Below, piece by piece: positions 1-10,983 of a stretch of 64,000 bases of DNA. The stretch comes from Meyerozyma guilliermondii. Its lineage: Eukaryota. The position numbers and the translations under genes are program-made. Positions within the stretch are counted from its first letter, which is position 1. Every line of letters starts with the position of its first letter. Below the pieces are notes generated by a model. That model saw only the letters and a program-made list of their open reading frames with translations, made no database searches and was not told the origin of the DNA. Where the stretch lies: the NCBI GenBank assembly GCA_051546255.1, contig CP128818.1, positions 372,001-436,000 of the forward strand. Reading direction: 5' to 3'.

Positions 1-666
1 TTTCTCGACTCCATCGAGCTCTTTGAAAATGAGAGTATAGCCATTTTTTGCAGTCTTCTGCCTTTTGTTGGGATACACTACTTCAACGTAGTAGCTGGGT
101 CCATTACGGCAGTAGATGTGTTTAAGACCTGGATTGGTGGTGAGGTACAAATCTTTGCCAAATTTGAGAACATGGTACTTCCAGTAAGGTACATTATTGA
201 TGGTTTTTTCGGAGCTGCTGATGCTGGTGGTTTCTATATCGTCGTCATTTGCAGCCACATAACGAGCTGGCGAGCCATGGGGAGAGCCAAGACTGAGTTT
301 GGAGAGCGACGAGTTGAGAGAAAATCGTTTTCGAGAAGTTGACTTAACGGAGATATTGCCGACCGAGGTTGATTTGGGAAGAAGTCGGCGAAAAGTGGAG
401 GAGCGCCGAAGCGAGGAGGAGGAAGTGGAGTTGGACGAATTGGAAGACTTGGCAGAATTCGAATTGGCAGAATTTGAATTGTCAAAATTCGAATTGACCG
501 GATTGTCAAAATTCTCAGTTTCTTTCATTGAGGCAGTGTCGAGTGGATGCAAGTTTGGGTTTTGTTCGCGAAACGGAGACGTGAGTGGCAGTTTGTTCAA
601 GTACTCGTCGATACACTCATCAAGGGCGTGAGGATGCTTTGGAGACGGTTTTTTTCGAAGCGACAT
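1..666 (-). CDS. Uncharacterised protein, 5' part (continues past the left edge)
   Basis: Manual translation from ATG at 666 is open for 222 codons to position 1 (MSLRKKPSPKHPHALDECIDEYLNK..., Ser/Asn-rich, then ...PYWKYHVLKFGKDLYLTTNPGLKHIYCRNGPSYYVEV...). Absent from the ORF track because the stop lies outside the window. Confidence 0.75.
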   Translation of the reverse strand, partial: MSLRKKPSPKHPHALDECIDEYLNKLPLTSPFREQNPNLHPLDTASMKETENFDNPVNSNFDNSNSANSNSAKSSNSSNSTSSSSLRRSSTFRRLLPKSTSVGNISVKSTSRKRFSLNSSLSKLSLGSPHGSPARYVAANDDDIETTSISSSEKTINNVPYWKYHVLKFGKDLYLTTNPGLKHIYCRNGPSYYVEVVYPNKRQKTAKNGYTLIFKELDGVEK

Positions 667-1867
667 GAATATATACTGAAATTCATGCACGAGACAAATC
701 AGGAATACGGGTGTAATTACCGAGTTGAAACAGGAAATAAGAATTATGAGCCAATTGTCTAATTACACCTCGAAACAAATTGCCGGTGGATCTTGCTGCA
801 CAAAGGTGTACCTGCCGCACGACCTGTCAAGTACCGCCCAATTGCAACATCACATGAAAGGAACATGAAACGTTGAAAGGGGGAGGTTTATGGGAGCAAC
901 AGACGAGTATTGCGCTTAAACGGTGGATCAAAGCCGATTCGCATACAACTCGGAGACGAAATGCACATCTTGGCGCAACGGTATCGTCGTTTAAGAGAAG
1001 AATGGCTGCGGCTTGTGTCAAAAAAGAATATTGGCGCAGTTGGTGCACTGGTGGAGAACAGACGAGAAAAATAATGAGGAAGCAGAACTAATTATGGAAG
1101 TGATGTAACCAAGCTTTCATTTCAGTCTCCGCTATTTCGGTTATTTTCAATTGAACATTTGACTTCGATTTCTGATTCAACTTGCGTTCTGATTTCTTTT
1201 CAAATTTGATCTGAAAAATAATCGACTTGCCAAACTCAAAATACCGCACAGTCCTACGTCATGAGAGTAAGATTTCCTCGATTTGGAAATACTGATCTTT
1301 TGGAAATTGAAGCGACGATACAAGCAGATGTTATCGCATCTCAGCTATTGTCATTTTTGTTCTTCACAGTATAAATCTGGTCAACATGACAGGTTTCCAG
1401 AATGACTTGAACATTGACTAGTCTGTGGTATCTGAGTCATTCAATTGACACCAGTAAGTCATAATTGATTGACCACTGTTACACTTGCTATGTGAGTTTC
1501 CACACTGAACGGAAACGCTGAATCCTCAAATTCTCACACTTCTTTACGGTAAGTTGCTATAACCTAAACCTTTCATGTACTTGAATGTACTCTGGTACGT
1601 CTCGAAGAAGCTGAATCGACTCATTCGTATCCCAAAGAATCCAACGACTAGCCTTCCAGTTCTAGAATAGTCGGCATAGCAGCAAAGGCCATTTTGGTCA
1701 CCGATAAAAATATCTCTCACCCAAGCAACCACAATTTATAAGATTCCTACTTCTTCCTGTCTTTCCTAGAAATCAATTGCAATCACTCCTTCCTCTCTAT
1801 TCACTTCTCATCTTATCGCGAATTCAAAACGCGCGCTTGAATTTTCATCATACTCAATACCCGTCAA

Positions 1868-4800
1868 ATGGAAAACGGCCACAATGTAAGTTCCAGCTCT
1901 CTTTGCCTCGTTCATTTCTAACATCAGATGGAGCCTATTACTCCTGAACCACTGGTAGAACCAGCAGGCCCAGATATTGATCAACCACCGCAAACTGATG
2001 TGGTCCAATCAACACAGCTAAATGCGACGACTTTCACCGACATAAAAGCAAACAAAAAAAGGTATTTTGCTACATCTGAGAAGCCCAGTATAGATCCAGC
2101 ACAAGCAGCAAAGCGGTTTTCGTACTTGTTGGGTCTCACCGACTTATTTCGTCATTTTTTAACCGCAAAAGCTGAAAAAGATGCCACCATCAAGGTGATC
2201 TTGGAAAACCAAAATCACAAATCTGGCGCCGCCCGTCAGCGCAGATCGGAAAAAGAAGAAGACCAAGAATTGCTCGAAGACGAGGAGTCTACAGAAGCCA
2301 TAACCGAGTTTGTAGACAGTCCTGCTTACGTTCATGGAAAATTGCGTGAGTATCAAATCCAGGGTTTGAATTGGTTGGTTTCGCTACATGAAAACAATCT
2401 CTCTGGTATTCTTGCCGACGAGATGGGTCTTGGTAAAACGTTGCAAACGATCTCCTTCTTGGGTTATTTGCGTTACATCAAAAAAATCAATGGCCCACAC
2501 CTCGTGGTGGTTCCTAAATCCACCTTGGACAATTGGGCTCGAGAATTTGCCCGCTGGACTCCCGAGGTCCATGTTCTTCTTCTTCAAGGAGACAAGGATA
2601 CCCGTCACGATCTCATCCAAAACAGACTCTTGGAGTGCGATTTTGACGTGGTTATTTCGTCGTACGAAATTGTCATAAGGGAGAAGTCTGCATTCCGAAA
2701 GTTTAACTGGCAGTATATTGTGATCGACGAGGCCCATAGAATCAAGAACGAGGACTCGCTCTTGTCCCAAATAGTTCGCATGTTCCACTCCAAGAATAGA
2801 CTCCTCATCACAGGAACACCATTGCAGAACAATCTTCATGAATTATGGGCTCTCTTGAACTTTTTGTTGCCTGATGTTTTCGGCGACAGCGACACTTTCG
2901 ACGAGTGGTTTCAGAGCGACGAGGAAAATCTTGTACAGCAATTGCACAAGGTACTCAAACCATTTTTGTTGAGAAGAATCAAATCGGATGTCGAAAAGCT
3001 GTTGCTTCCCAAAAAGGAGCTAAATATCTACTGTGGAATGACAGATATGCAACGGTCGTGGTACCAAAAAATCTTGGAGAAAGATATAGATGCCGTCAAC
3101 GGAGCCAACAAAAAGGAGTCCAAGACCCGGTTATTGAACATTGTCATGCAATTGAGAAAGTGTTGCAACCATCCATACTTGTTTGAGGGTGCAGAACCCG
3201 GCCCTCCATTCACCACAGATGAGCATTTGGTGTACAATGCCGAGAAGATGAAAATTTTGGATCAACTCTTGAAGAAATTCCAAAGCGAAGGATCCAGAGT
3301 GCTTATCTTTTCTCAGATGAGTCGTATGTTGGATATTTTGGAAGACTACTGTGCATTTAGAGAGTTCCAATACTGCCGTATTGACGGACAAACTGACCAT
3401 GCTGACAGAGTTAACGCAATTGACGAGTACAACAAACCTGGGTCTGAAAAGTTTGTGTTCCTTTTGACTACAAGAGCAGGTGGTTTGGGGATCAACTTGA
3501 CGTCGGCCGATATTGTCATCTTGTTCGATTCCGACTGGAACCCACAGGCGGATTTACAGGCCATGGATAGAGCCCATAGAATAGGCCAGACAAAACAAGT
3601 GAAAGTGTTCCGTTTCATCACTGAAAATGCAATTGAAGAAAAGGTGTTGGAAAGAGCAGCTCAGAAATTGCGGTTGGACCAATTGGTTATCCAGCAAGGA
3701 AGAAACAGCAATATTGGCCAGCAGAGTAACAAAGCAGCTTCGAAGGACGAATTGCTCAACATGATTCAGCATGGAGCAGCTGATGTGTTTGCAGAAAAGA
3801 CAAAGGACGATGATTTGGACATTGACCAACTCTTGAAAGCTTCGGAGGAAAAGACTGCTGAGTTGAATAAAAAGTATGAAAAGCTCGATTTGAATGCGTT
3901 ACAGAACTTTACCAACGATGAATCCGTCTATGAATGGAATGGATCTAATTTCAAAAAGAAGGAAACGTCCACAATTGCCAACATTGGCCACGGATGGATC
4001 AACCCTGGAAAACGTGAGAGAAAGGAAAACTACTCAATTGACATGTATTATAAGGATGTGTTGAATACTGGTGGCCGCAGCACAAACAAAGGAGGACCAA
4101 GACCTCCCAAACAGCTTAATATCTACGACCACCAGTTCTATCCGACTAAGCTTTTTGAGTTGTACGAACTTGAAAAGAATTATTTCAAGAAGCAAACCGG
4201 CTACAAAGTGCCATTGAAGCAAGGAAGCCCCAAAACGTTGAACGAGCGTCAATTGGAGCAAAAACTCGAGCAGGAAGAAATTGAAAATTCACGTCCACTT
4301 ACAGACGAAGAAAAAAAATTAAAAGAGAAAATGTTGTCTGAAGGATACGGGAACTGGAACCGTCGAGACTTTATGCATTTTATTCTGAGTTCTAGTCGTT
4401 ATGGACGGAATTCGATTGGGTTAATTGCCCGAGAATTCGAGGACAAAACCATCGATGAGGTACGAGAGTACGCCAAGAAGTTTTGGACGTCCTACGAGGA
4501 AATCGAAGGATACGAGCGGTATATTAATCAAATCGAGACGGGAGAAGATAAGATTATGAAAACCAAGCTCCATAAGGAATCGTTGCGTCGTAAAATGGCA
4601 CAATACAAGTACCCACTTCAAGAATTAACATTGAAGTATCCACCTGCTGCTACTAGCAAAAGAACATTTTCCGACGAAGAAGATCGGTTTTTGTTGGTGC
4701 AACTCTATCGTTATGGAGTGGACAGACCTGATGTATATGAGAGAATTCGAGATGTGATCAGAGAATCTCCGATGTTCCGACTTGATTTTTTCTTCCAATC

Positions 4801-4900
4801 CCGAAATGCCAGTGAGCTTTCCAGACGATGCGCAACTCTATTAGCGTGTGTGTTGCGGGAAATACATCCTCTGAACGACCATAAGCGCAGAAAGAAGTAG
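1868..4900 (+). CDS. ISW1: ISWI chromatin-remodelling ATPase; exons 1868-1885 and 1928-4900
   Basis: SNF2 motifs ([26 protein letters not shown]) and a HAND-SANT-SLIDE C-terminus. [20 protein letters not shown] and [11 protein letters not shown] resemble Isw1 more than Isw2. A 6-codon first exon (MENGHN) is inferred from splice signals. Confidence 0.92.
1886..1927 (+). other. Spliceosomal intron, 42 nt (ISW1)
   Basis: GTAAGT donor, TTCTAAC branch site and CAG acceptor directly before the ATG at 1928; phase 0; in-frame TAA if retained. Confidence 0.75.
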
Positions 4901-4903
4901 AGG

Positions 4904-5398
4904 TCAATTTTCGAGAAGCTCACGAAGATATGGCTCTATGGCTCTTGGTGGAGTATCCGTACCAAACCGTCGTACCACCTCGCCATTTCTATCAATGACA
5001 AACTTTTCAAAGTTCCATTTAATGCCTTTGAACCCCAAACAGTTTTTTTGCTGGTTTTTCAAAAATGTGTATAAAGGATGCTCATGGGGACCATTGACAT
5101 AAACCTTTTCCATGATAGGAAACGTCACCCCGTATTCAGCGTGCACCTGCGCCGCCACCTGTGCTGCCGGTAACGGCTCTTGGTTACCGAATTGGTTGCA
5201 AGGAAATGCCAAAATGACCAAACCTTTATCTCGATGGAGGTTCCATATTTGTTGCAATTCGTAATATTGGGGAGCAAACCCACACAAAGTTGCTACATTG
5301 ACAACCACCACCACCTTGCCCTTGAGAAGTGACAATGGCAAAGGTCGTTTTTGATTATCAAGGACGGTGAAATCATAAAACATTGCGGTAGGTGCCAT
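4904..5398 (-). CDS. Glutathione peroxidase family (Cys-type) peroxidase
   Basis: NVATLCGF, LAFPCNQFGNQEP and IKWNFEKF motifs. First ATG at 5398 (the track starts at GTG 5401). Paralog identity not assignable. Confidence 0.93.
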   Translation of the reverse strand: MAPTAMFYDFTVLDNQKRPLPLSLLKGKVVVVVNVATLCGFAPQYYELQQIWNLHRDKGLVILAFPCNQFGNQEPLPAAQVAAQVHAEYGVTFPIMEKVYVNGPHEHPLYTFLKNQQKNCLGFKGIKWNFEKFVIDRNGEVVRRFGTDTPPRAIEPYLRELLEN

Positions 5399-5727
5399 CA
5401 CTCAATCACCGAAACAAGTGCAGGAAAACGATAGTGGAGCTATATGCAGGCCCTGAGGTTTCTGATCGTGTGCGAGCCCAAATAGGAAATGTGATAACAG
5501 AGACAGACCCAAAAAAAAAACCATTAACAATAAACACTAGAATTCAAGATTACACCAGCTAGTTCAATTCCTCTTCCTCTTCCCAAACCTGACCTTTTTT
5601 TTCTCTTATCTCCCTCTCTTCCCCTCCCTCCCCTGGCACCTAATTCCGGTCGTCTCCTGACACCCAGTGCACCAGCAAACGGCCCGGGGATGTTTTTTTT
5701 TCTGCCGCACTTTTTAGTTGCACCATC

Positions 5728-7284
5728 ATGTCATTCAAGGTCAACTGGAACACTCTAGAAACCGATTCTTTGCGTGAGTGGACAAGCCAACTCCTCACGG
5801 ATGCATTGAACTCGGGCAAACGACCCCCTATTCTTGCTTCGGATATACAAATTAAAGATTTAAATTTTGGGAAGGTGGCGCCGGATTTCGAAATCCTCGA
5901 TATCGGCGAACTCGACCTGGATCGGTTCCGAGGGATCTTCAAGATCAACTACAGTGGCGATTTCCATCTAACACTACACACGCGGGTTCAAGCGAATCCG
6001 TTGACAATTTACCAGGAAAACTCAAATGCTTCGGACGCGGCGTTTGTGACGCCCAATTTCTTGCTTGCAAGTGACCCGTTTGCGTTGCCATTGGACCTCA
6101 AGTTGAGCGATATCCGCATCCTGGGAATTGGTATCATTGTATTTCTGCGGTTGAAGGGACTCACGTTGGTGTTTAGAAACGACCCGTTGGATTCCATTAA
6201 AGTTACGTCGACTTTTGATACCGTTCAGGTTCTTGCCAAGTTTCTCCAGAACCAAATTGAAACCCAGATAAGGGACTTGTTCCGTGAAACACTTCCTACC
6301 CTCATTCACCGTCTTTCATTAAAATATTTGTCCAGTGACGACTCCAGTTTCTTGGATGATCTCCGTCCGCAATTGGCTGCTCTTCACGAAGAAACCGTTT
6401 CCTTGATGGACATTGATCCCGACGTTCCTTACTCCCCTGAAAACCTTTCCCGAGTGCTGGCACTCTTCAAGTCTCGTGAGACTTTGCGGTTGGCAGTGCC
6501 AAAGATTCGCCACTCGGTGCAGCGGTGCCGCCTCGAGAAATTTACAAAGACACAACCCAGCTTGGTTCGCTGCTTGCACGACAACCTCAACCTCGATTTG
6601 GTTGCTGCACCTCAACATACCAACGAAATTCCCGTCGAATTGGTATCGGGAGCAGACTTTAGCAAGACCAACCATGTCTTGCGCGAGATTTCTAGCATCC
6701 AAGCAAGCAACTACTACCGTAGCTCGTCGAGCCGTCCCAAGCGGCGGGTCATCAAGCTTGGCTCCAAGAAATCGCTGGTTAAATCGACACCACTGGCGGA
6801 AACTCTCGCATCGCCAATTCCAAGTGAAATGTCTTCTGCTACTGCTTCGGAGCATGTCTCGCCCACAAAGTACTACCAGAACGACTCGCACATCTCGCTC
6901 TACCACCCCAAACCTCGGCAGGCCGACGGGGCCGCAGCGTTACAGCTTGCCAATCCACAATCTTATTTATATCACAACGTGAGCAGCACACCCCAGCTCC
7001 CCTCCAACAGCTCCTTGTTGGCAGGAATTGGCCTCGGCAACAACTACTTCAACTTTGCCAGTCAGTCGCAAATCTCCACGTCTCCTATTCGCCGGTCGAG
7101 CCAGGAACTTGAAGACAAAAAGGTCACCGGCAAGAAGTCCATCAACCACCTTGACATTGCCCAGCTCAACTCGAAACTCAATGCTACTCTTCACACAATT
7201 CCGGACGTGAAACTGCACCCTGGTACCGGTCGCAAGTTGGACACTGGGTTTGAAATGCCGCCTCCTCCACCATACCAGGTCTAG
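5728..7284 (+). CDS. MDM34: ERMES complex subunit Mdm34 (SMP domain)
   Basis: N-terminus MSFKVNW...DLNFGKVAPDFEILDIGEL, FRNDPLDSIKVTSTFD, and a C-terminal PPPY motif. Confidence 0.95.
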   Translation: MSFKVNWNTLETDSLREWTSQLLTDALNSGKRPPILASDIQIKDLNFGKVAPDFEILDIGELDLDRFRGIFKINYSGDFHLTLHTRVQANPLTIYQENSNASDAAFVTPNFLLASDPFALPLDLKLSDIRILGIGIIVFLRLKGLTLVFRNDPLDSIKVTSTFDTVQVLAKFLQNQIETQIRDLFRETLPTLIHRLSLKYLSSDDSSFLDDLRPQLAALHEETVSLMDIDPDVPYSPENLSRVLALFKSRETLRLAVPKIRHSVQRCRLEKFTKTQPSLVRCLHDNLNLDLVAAPQHTNEIPVELVSGADFSKTNHVLREISSIQASNYYRSSSSRPKRRVIKLGSKKSLVKSTPLAETLASPIPSEMSSATASEHVSPTKYYQNDSHISLYHPKPRQADGAAALQLANPQSYLYHNVSSTPQLPSNSSLLAGIGLGNNYFNFASQSQISTSPIRRSSQELEDKKVTGKKSINHLDIAQLNSKLNATLHTIPDVKLHPGTGRKLDTGFEMPPPPPYQV

Positions 7285-7408
7285 AATGTACATAGTTTCG
7301 GGATCGATTCTCGATTCGATTCCCGCATCAATACACCAGGTTCTGTTTGCCAATTTTTTCGAATAAATTTGTGCGCGCCATTTTTAGAATCGCATTGTTT
7401 TCCTCGCC

Positions 7409-8332
7409 ATGGCTTTCGGTAGTTTCGACTCGATTTGCTCGAAGACCCCGTTTCCGCTCTGCTCGGTGCTAGGTTCCGTCGACCCCGAGTCGTCATTCAC
7501 CAGGGGAATTCTTCCAGAATGCTACGGCCGGTCCGTGGAGCTCGCTAATACCATGATTTTCCAGATCGGAAACGCCTTTGTTCATTTTGGCGGCCTTATC
7601 ATCTTGTTAATCATCATATTCAACGTCAGATCGAAGTACACTGCCATCGGAAGGTCGGAAATGCTTACATTTTTTTATCTTTTCATTGGACTTATCGTGT
7701 CGTCGTTGGTGGTAGATTGCGGTGTTTCACCTCCTTCGTCGTCGAGTTATGCATATTTTGTTGCACTCCAGCTTGGTATTTCGTCAGCGTTGTGTATCTG
7801 TCTTTTGTACAACGGTATTCTTTGTTTCCAGTTCTGGGAAGATGGCAGCAAAAAATCGTTGTGGACGCTCAGAGGGTTGTGCTTCGTGTGGTTTTTGGTC
7901 AACTTTGTGGTATGCCTCGTCACATTTAAGGGCTGGAATACGTCGCTCGACAACCGCAAAACCACCACCATGTTCGTCATCACCTTCATACTTAACGCGG
8001 TAATCTTGGCAGCGTACGTGGTATCGCAAATCGTTCTCGTGGTGTTCGCACTCGACTCATACTGGCCTCTCGGCGCAATTCTTCTTGGGGTTTTCTTCTT
8101 CGTGGCAGGCCAAATTCTCTGCTACGTGTTCTCCGACACCATTTGCAAAGGTGCCTCGCATTACGTCGACGGACTCTTTTTCGCCAGTTTGTGTAATGTC
8201 TCCACTGTAATGATGATCTACAAATTTTGGGACATGATCACCACCGACGACCTTGAGTTCTCTGTTGCCAATGTGGAGCAGGGAGTGTCTGCGTTTGCTG
8301 ACGAAAAACGATCCAGCACTTTCTTTTCCTGA
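7409..8332 (+). CDS. CHS7: Chitin synthase export chaperone
   Basis: MAFGSFDSICSKTPFPLC, RSVELANTMIFQ, YKFWDMITTDDLEFSV; multiple hydrophobic segments. Confidence 0.95.
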   Translation: MAFGSFDSICSKTPFPLCSVLGSVDPESSFTRGILPECYGRSVELANTMIFQIGNAFVHFGGLIILLIIIFNVRSKYTAIGRSEMLTFFYLFIGLIVSSLVVDCGVSPPSSSSYAYFVALQLGISSALCICLLYNGILCFQFWEDGSKKSLWTLRGLCFVWFLVNFVVCLVTFKGWNTSLDNRKTTTMFVITFILNAVILAAYVVSQIVLVVFALDSYWPLGAILLGVFFFVAGQILCYVFSDTICKGASHYVDGLFFASLCNVSTVMMIYKFWDMITTDDLEFSVANVEQGVSAFADEKRSSTFFS

Positions 8333-8432
8333 CCAAAATTTTAAACTTAGTTCATAGCCCTATAGATTTTAATCCTGCATCGCCGCTGCGCCAACTCGCG
8401 CGTTGATTCTCTTCTTTCCCCAGGTCAACATC

Positions 8433-10250
8433 ATGTCTACCGAATCCGAGTACGCTCAAGCATTGGATCTGGACCGCATCAAGGACTTATTTGTAGGCGA
8501 CGCCAGCTTGGATGTGTTGCTAGAGCGGCTAAAACAGAGCACGAGTACCGCAGAAGAGTTTGCCAAGTTTATCAAGAAAAAGGCCATTATTGAAGATGAC
8601 CATTATAACCAAATGAAGAAGTTTGGGTCCCAGGCACGGATGTCCATCAAGAATCTGAAGGTCCAGAAGTCAGCGTTCACTTCGGCTTTGGACCAAATTA
8701 TCGAATTTGACGAAAAATTGTATTCTGTTGGCAGCTCGTACGTGAAGGCTCTCACGGTAATGTACGACGAGCTGACCTCGCTTGTAAACACGGTTGCCAG
8801 ATCTCGAAAAATGATCAAGGAGGATGGAAAGCGGCGGGAAAAGGAGTGTCTGGACGCCATTGCTGCGGCGGAAAAGGCGAAGCAAAAGTACTACCATCTT
8901 TGCGACGATTTGGAAAAACTTCGTAGTGATCCCAATAAAAAGCTGTTCTCGCTCAAGAACAGACTGGCAATCCAGCAGGAAGACGAGCTTCAGCGCAAAA
9001 TCGACGCAGCTGACCAGGATTACAAACTGAAGGTGAACACTTGCAAAAAGTTGAAGGACGAACTTACCCACGTCCACCGCCCCACCAACTCGAAGAAGCT
9101 CAAAAACTTGATTTTGGAGCTAGATATCGCCATGAACGTTCAGCTCCAGAAATATACCACCTGGAGTGAGAATTTGATCTTGCATTCCGGGGTGATGATC
9201 ATGCCGTTGCAAGCGGGAAAACCATCCATGAAAACTATATCTTCCTCCATCGACAACGAGAAAGATTTGTATGAATATCTCCTCAAGAACGAGTCCACCA
9301 TGAAACGCCAGACTCTTGTCCCCGTGGCATATACCGTCCACTCTTCATTCCAGCGTAATATGAAACTGGACAAGCCATTTTTGAACAATCGCCTGGTGTC
9401 GGCTAATCTGGGTGTCTCCAACACACCTGAACCCAATCACTCTCCCAGCCCCATGGCCCAGACCCAGACTCCTCAAAATCAACTGTTCAGTCTGCATCTG
9501 AACCTGGGACTTTCTACACCACAATACGAAAACAAAGACGTCGGATACAACTCTCTCGATCCCGGCAACGCACCCACAACTCTGGAGCTCAAGGGACCCA
9601 AATCACTCACGTCCCAGCTGCGCCCTTCACAGCCCACTTTTGGAGTATCCATTGAAGATGTTATTCAGTTTGCTGGCATCGACAATGTTCCGCTCGTGGT
9701 GAGAAGATGTATCGAAATGATAGAGACATACGGCATTGACATTGAGGGCATATATCGTACCAGCGGAAATGCTAGTACCGTGCAACAAATGAAGGAGAAG
9801 ATAGATCAGGACTTCACTAACTACGTGACAATTGGCCAGGACATCGATCCAGACCATGTCGTTGATGGTGAAGTCTACTGCATAGCGCTGTTATTAAAGC
9901 TCTATTTCTCGTGCTTGCCTGAACCGCTTTTGACAGCTGAGTACTATCAGTCTTTCATCGAGACTGTTAAATCACTAGACGAAACCTTCATTGCCAAAAA
10001 GTTACATCACTTGGTTTATAATCTTCCTGATGGAGCCTACTTTACCTTGAGAGCAATAATGTTCCACTTGAACAAAGTAGCAGCACACCAGGCCACCAAT
10101 CGGATGTCAGCTAAAAGCTTGTCCATTATATGGGGTCCAGCATTGCTCAATGATAACTCTTTGAGTCCCCAAGATTTGAGCTACAAGAGCAAGGTGGTGG
10201 AGGAGCTTATGCTCATCGCTAATGAGATATTCGATACAGAAGATGAATAG
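8433..10250 (+). CDS. RGD1: F-BAR/RhoGAP protein
   Basis: N-terminal FCH/F-BAR coiled coil (LLERLKQS...EEFAKFIKKKA) and C-terminal RhoGAP (EGIYRTSG, NRMSAKSLSIIWGP). First ATG at 8433. Confidence 0.8.
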   Translation: MSTESEYAQALDLDRIKDLFVGDASLDVLLERLKQSTSTAEEFAKFIKKKAIIEDDHYNQMKKFGSQARMSIKNLKVQKSAFTSALDQIIEFDEKLYSVGSSYVKALTVMYDELTSLVNTVARSRKMIKEDGKRREKECLDAIAAAEKAKQKYYHLCDDLEKLRSDPNKKLFSLKNRLAIQQEDELQRKIDAADQDYKLKVNTCKKLKDELTHVHRPTNSKKLKNLILELDIAMNVQLQKYTTWSENLILHSGVMIMPLQAGKPSMKTISSSIDNEKDLYEYLLKNESTMKRQTLVPVAYTVHSSFQRNMKLDKPFLNNRLVSANLGVSNTPEPNHSPSPMAQTQTPQNQLFSLHLNLGLSTPQYENKDVGYNSLDPGNAPTTLELKGPKSLTSQLRPSQPTFGVSIEDVIQFAGIDNVPLVVRRCIEMIETYGIDIEGIYRTSGNASTVQQMKEKIDQDFTNYVTIGQDIDPDHVVDGEVYCIALLLKLYFSCLPEPLLTAEYYQSFIETVKSLDETFIAKKLHHLVYNLPDGAYFTLRAIMFHLNKVAAHQATNRMSAKSLSIIWGPALLNDNSLSPQDLSYKSKVVEELMLIANEIFDTEDE

Positions 10251-10350
10251 TTGTATAATATGCTAAAGAAATGAGTAGACCTAAGAGTAGACCTTAAGCA
10301 TGAAGGAAATCGTAGAGTCGTGAGTCGTAAGAAGAGTGGCTATATCAGAG

Positions 10351-10983
10351 CTAATACATCAATGGCCGTGGCTCCTTATCGTCTTCACGGCCGCCGTCTC
10401 GAGCAGCAAACTTTATCCTGGGCGCTTTAAACAGCTTATTTGCTGGTTTTTTCACCTTAAAGTTGTTCTTGTATGCAATATCCCGATCTCGTTCTTCGCG
10501 ATCTCTTTCTTCCTGAGCTCGCTCGCTCGCTTTACGCTTTGCTTCTTCTTGGTCCTTGAGTTTCTGATTTTCTTCTTCTTCGAGCATTTTCTTGTGGTCT
10601 TCATCGCTGATACCAAGCACTTTTCGACGAATATCTTTGATTTCACTCTCAATTAAGTGGCGGAAATCGGGCGACTCGATTATCTTCTCCTGGATATCTT
10701 TATCTACAATGCCCAAAAGACCAGGATCGTTGGTTGAAGAATGCTGATTTACTATCTCTCCTTGTATGAGAGCCCCCATCTTGCCCCGATTCTTCGCCAA
10801 TATGCTTGGGTCATTTTTAACCTTGTTGTCTAGCATCATTTGGAGCTTCAATAGTAAGTTTTTATGTGTCTCCGATGATTTGAAATCTTCCAAAAGTCGT
10901 TTTCTTTGCTGGTCAAAGGCACCACTACGCTTGTAGATGCTCATAAGCAGCTTGGCATCTGTAGGAGGCTCGTTTTCTGCCAT
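10351..10983 (-). CDS. SHG1: COMPASS subunit Shg1-like protein
   Basis: YKRSGAFDQQRKRLL and KNRGKMGALIQG match the Shg1/BOD1 family. First ATG at 10983. Confidence 0.8.
   Translation of the reverse strand: MAENEPPTDAKLLMSIYKRSGAFDQQRKRLLEDFKSSETHKNLLLKLQMMLDNKVKNDPSILAKNRGKMGALIQGEIVNQHSSTNDPGLLGIVDKDIQEKIIESPDFRHLIESEIKDIRRKVLGISDEDHKKMLEEEENQKLKDQEEAKRKASERAQEERDREERDRDIAYKNNFKVKKPANKLFKAPRIKFAARDGGREDDKEPRPLMY

Noticed and set aside
1100..1175. Possible box C/D snoRNA (GTGATGT ... CTGA)
   Set aside because: The C box is imperfect, there is no terminal stem, and I recognise no rRNA-complementary guide. A snoscan or Infernal search would be needed.
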